Positions 63,964 to 64,000 of a DNA stretch of 64,000 bases are shown piece by piece. Source of the DNA: Octopus bimaculoides. Its lineage: Eukaryota. How positions within the stretch are numbered: position 1 is the stretch's first letter; each line of letters opens with the position of its first letter. A model generated the notes under the pieces. The model saw only the letters and a program-made list of their open reading frames with translations, was not told the DNA's origin and did not search any database. Location: positions 28,439,205 through 28,503,204 of the forward strand of contig NC_068991.1 of the NCBI RefSeq assembly GCF_001194135.2. Reading direction: 5' to 3'. Both the position numbers and the translations under genes were made by a program.

Positions 63964-64000
<37 letters not shown>

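Overview
AT-rich animal genomic DNA from a draft scaffold with seven N-gaps. It is dense in microsatellites, SINEs and decayed transposons. The repeat landscape resembles an octopus genome; this is my recollection, not a database result. One confident host gene is present: a TMEM229B orthologue on the minus strand, with the whole recognisable CDS in one exon (37579-38073) behind a clear splice acceptor. Most other interpretable sequence is transposon-derived: a DD34D mariner nested inside the TIR of an older Tc1/mariner element, a DD37D maT remnant, TA- and TTAA-flanked MITEs, a CGGBP1-like hAT transposase pseudogene, a Lep1/DINE-1-like non-autonomous Helitron, RTE LINE pieces with many solo 3' tails, Penelope-like fragments, R4/Dong-type restriction-like-endonuclease retrotransposon ends, three tRNA-derived SINE families and a (CAA)-tailed retroposon-like repeat. 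The most notable structures are (TAA)n tracts in which one SINE family and R4/Dong fragments interleave in consistently opposite polarity, and a 391-bp foldback-plus-SINE insertion with a 12-bp target duplication whose removal restores the host frame. Several unassigned exon candidates are also visible. I found no clearly new biological system, and there is no CRISPR array, rRNA or true tRNA gene. Boundaries of degraded repeats are approximate.
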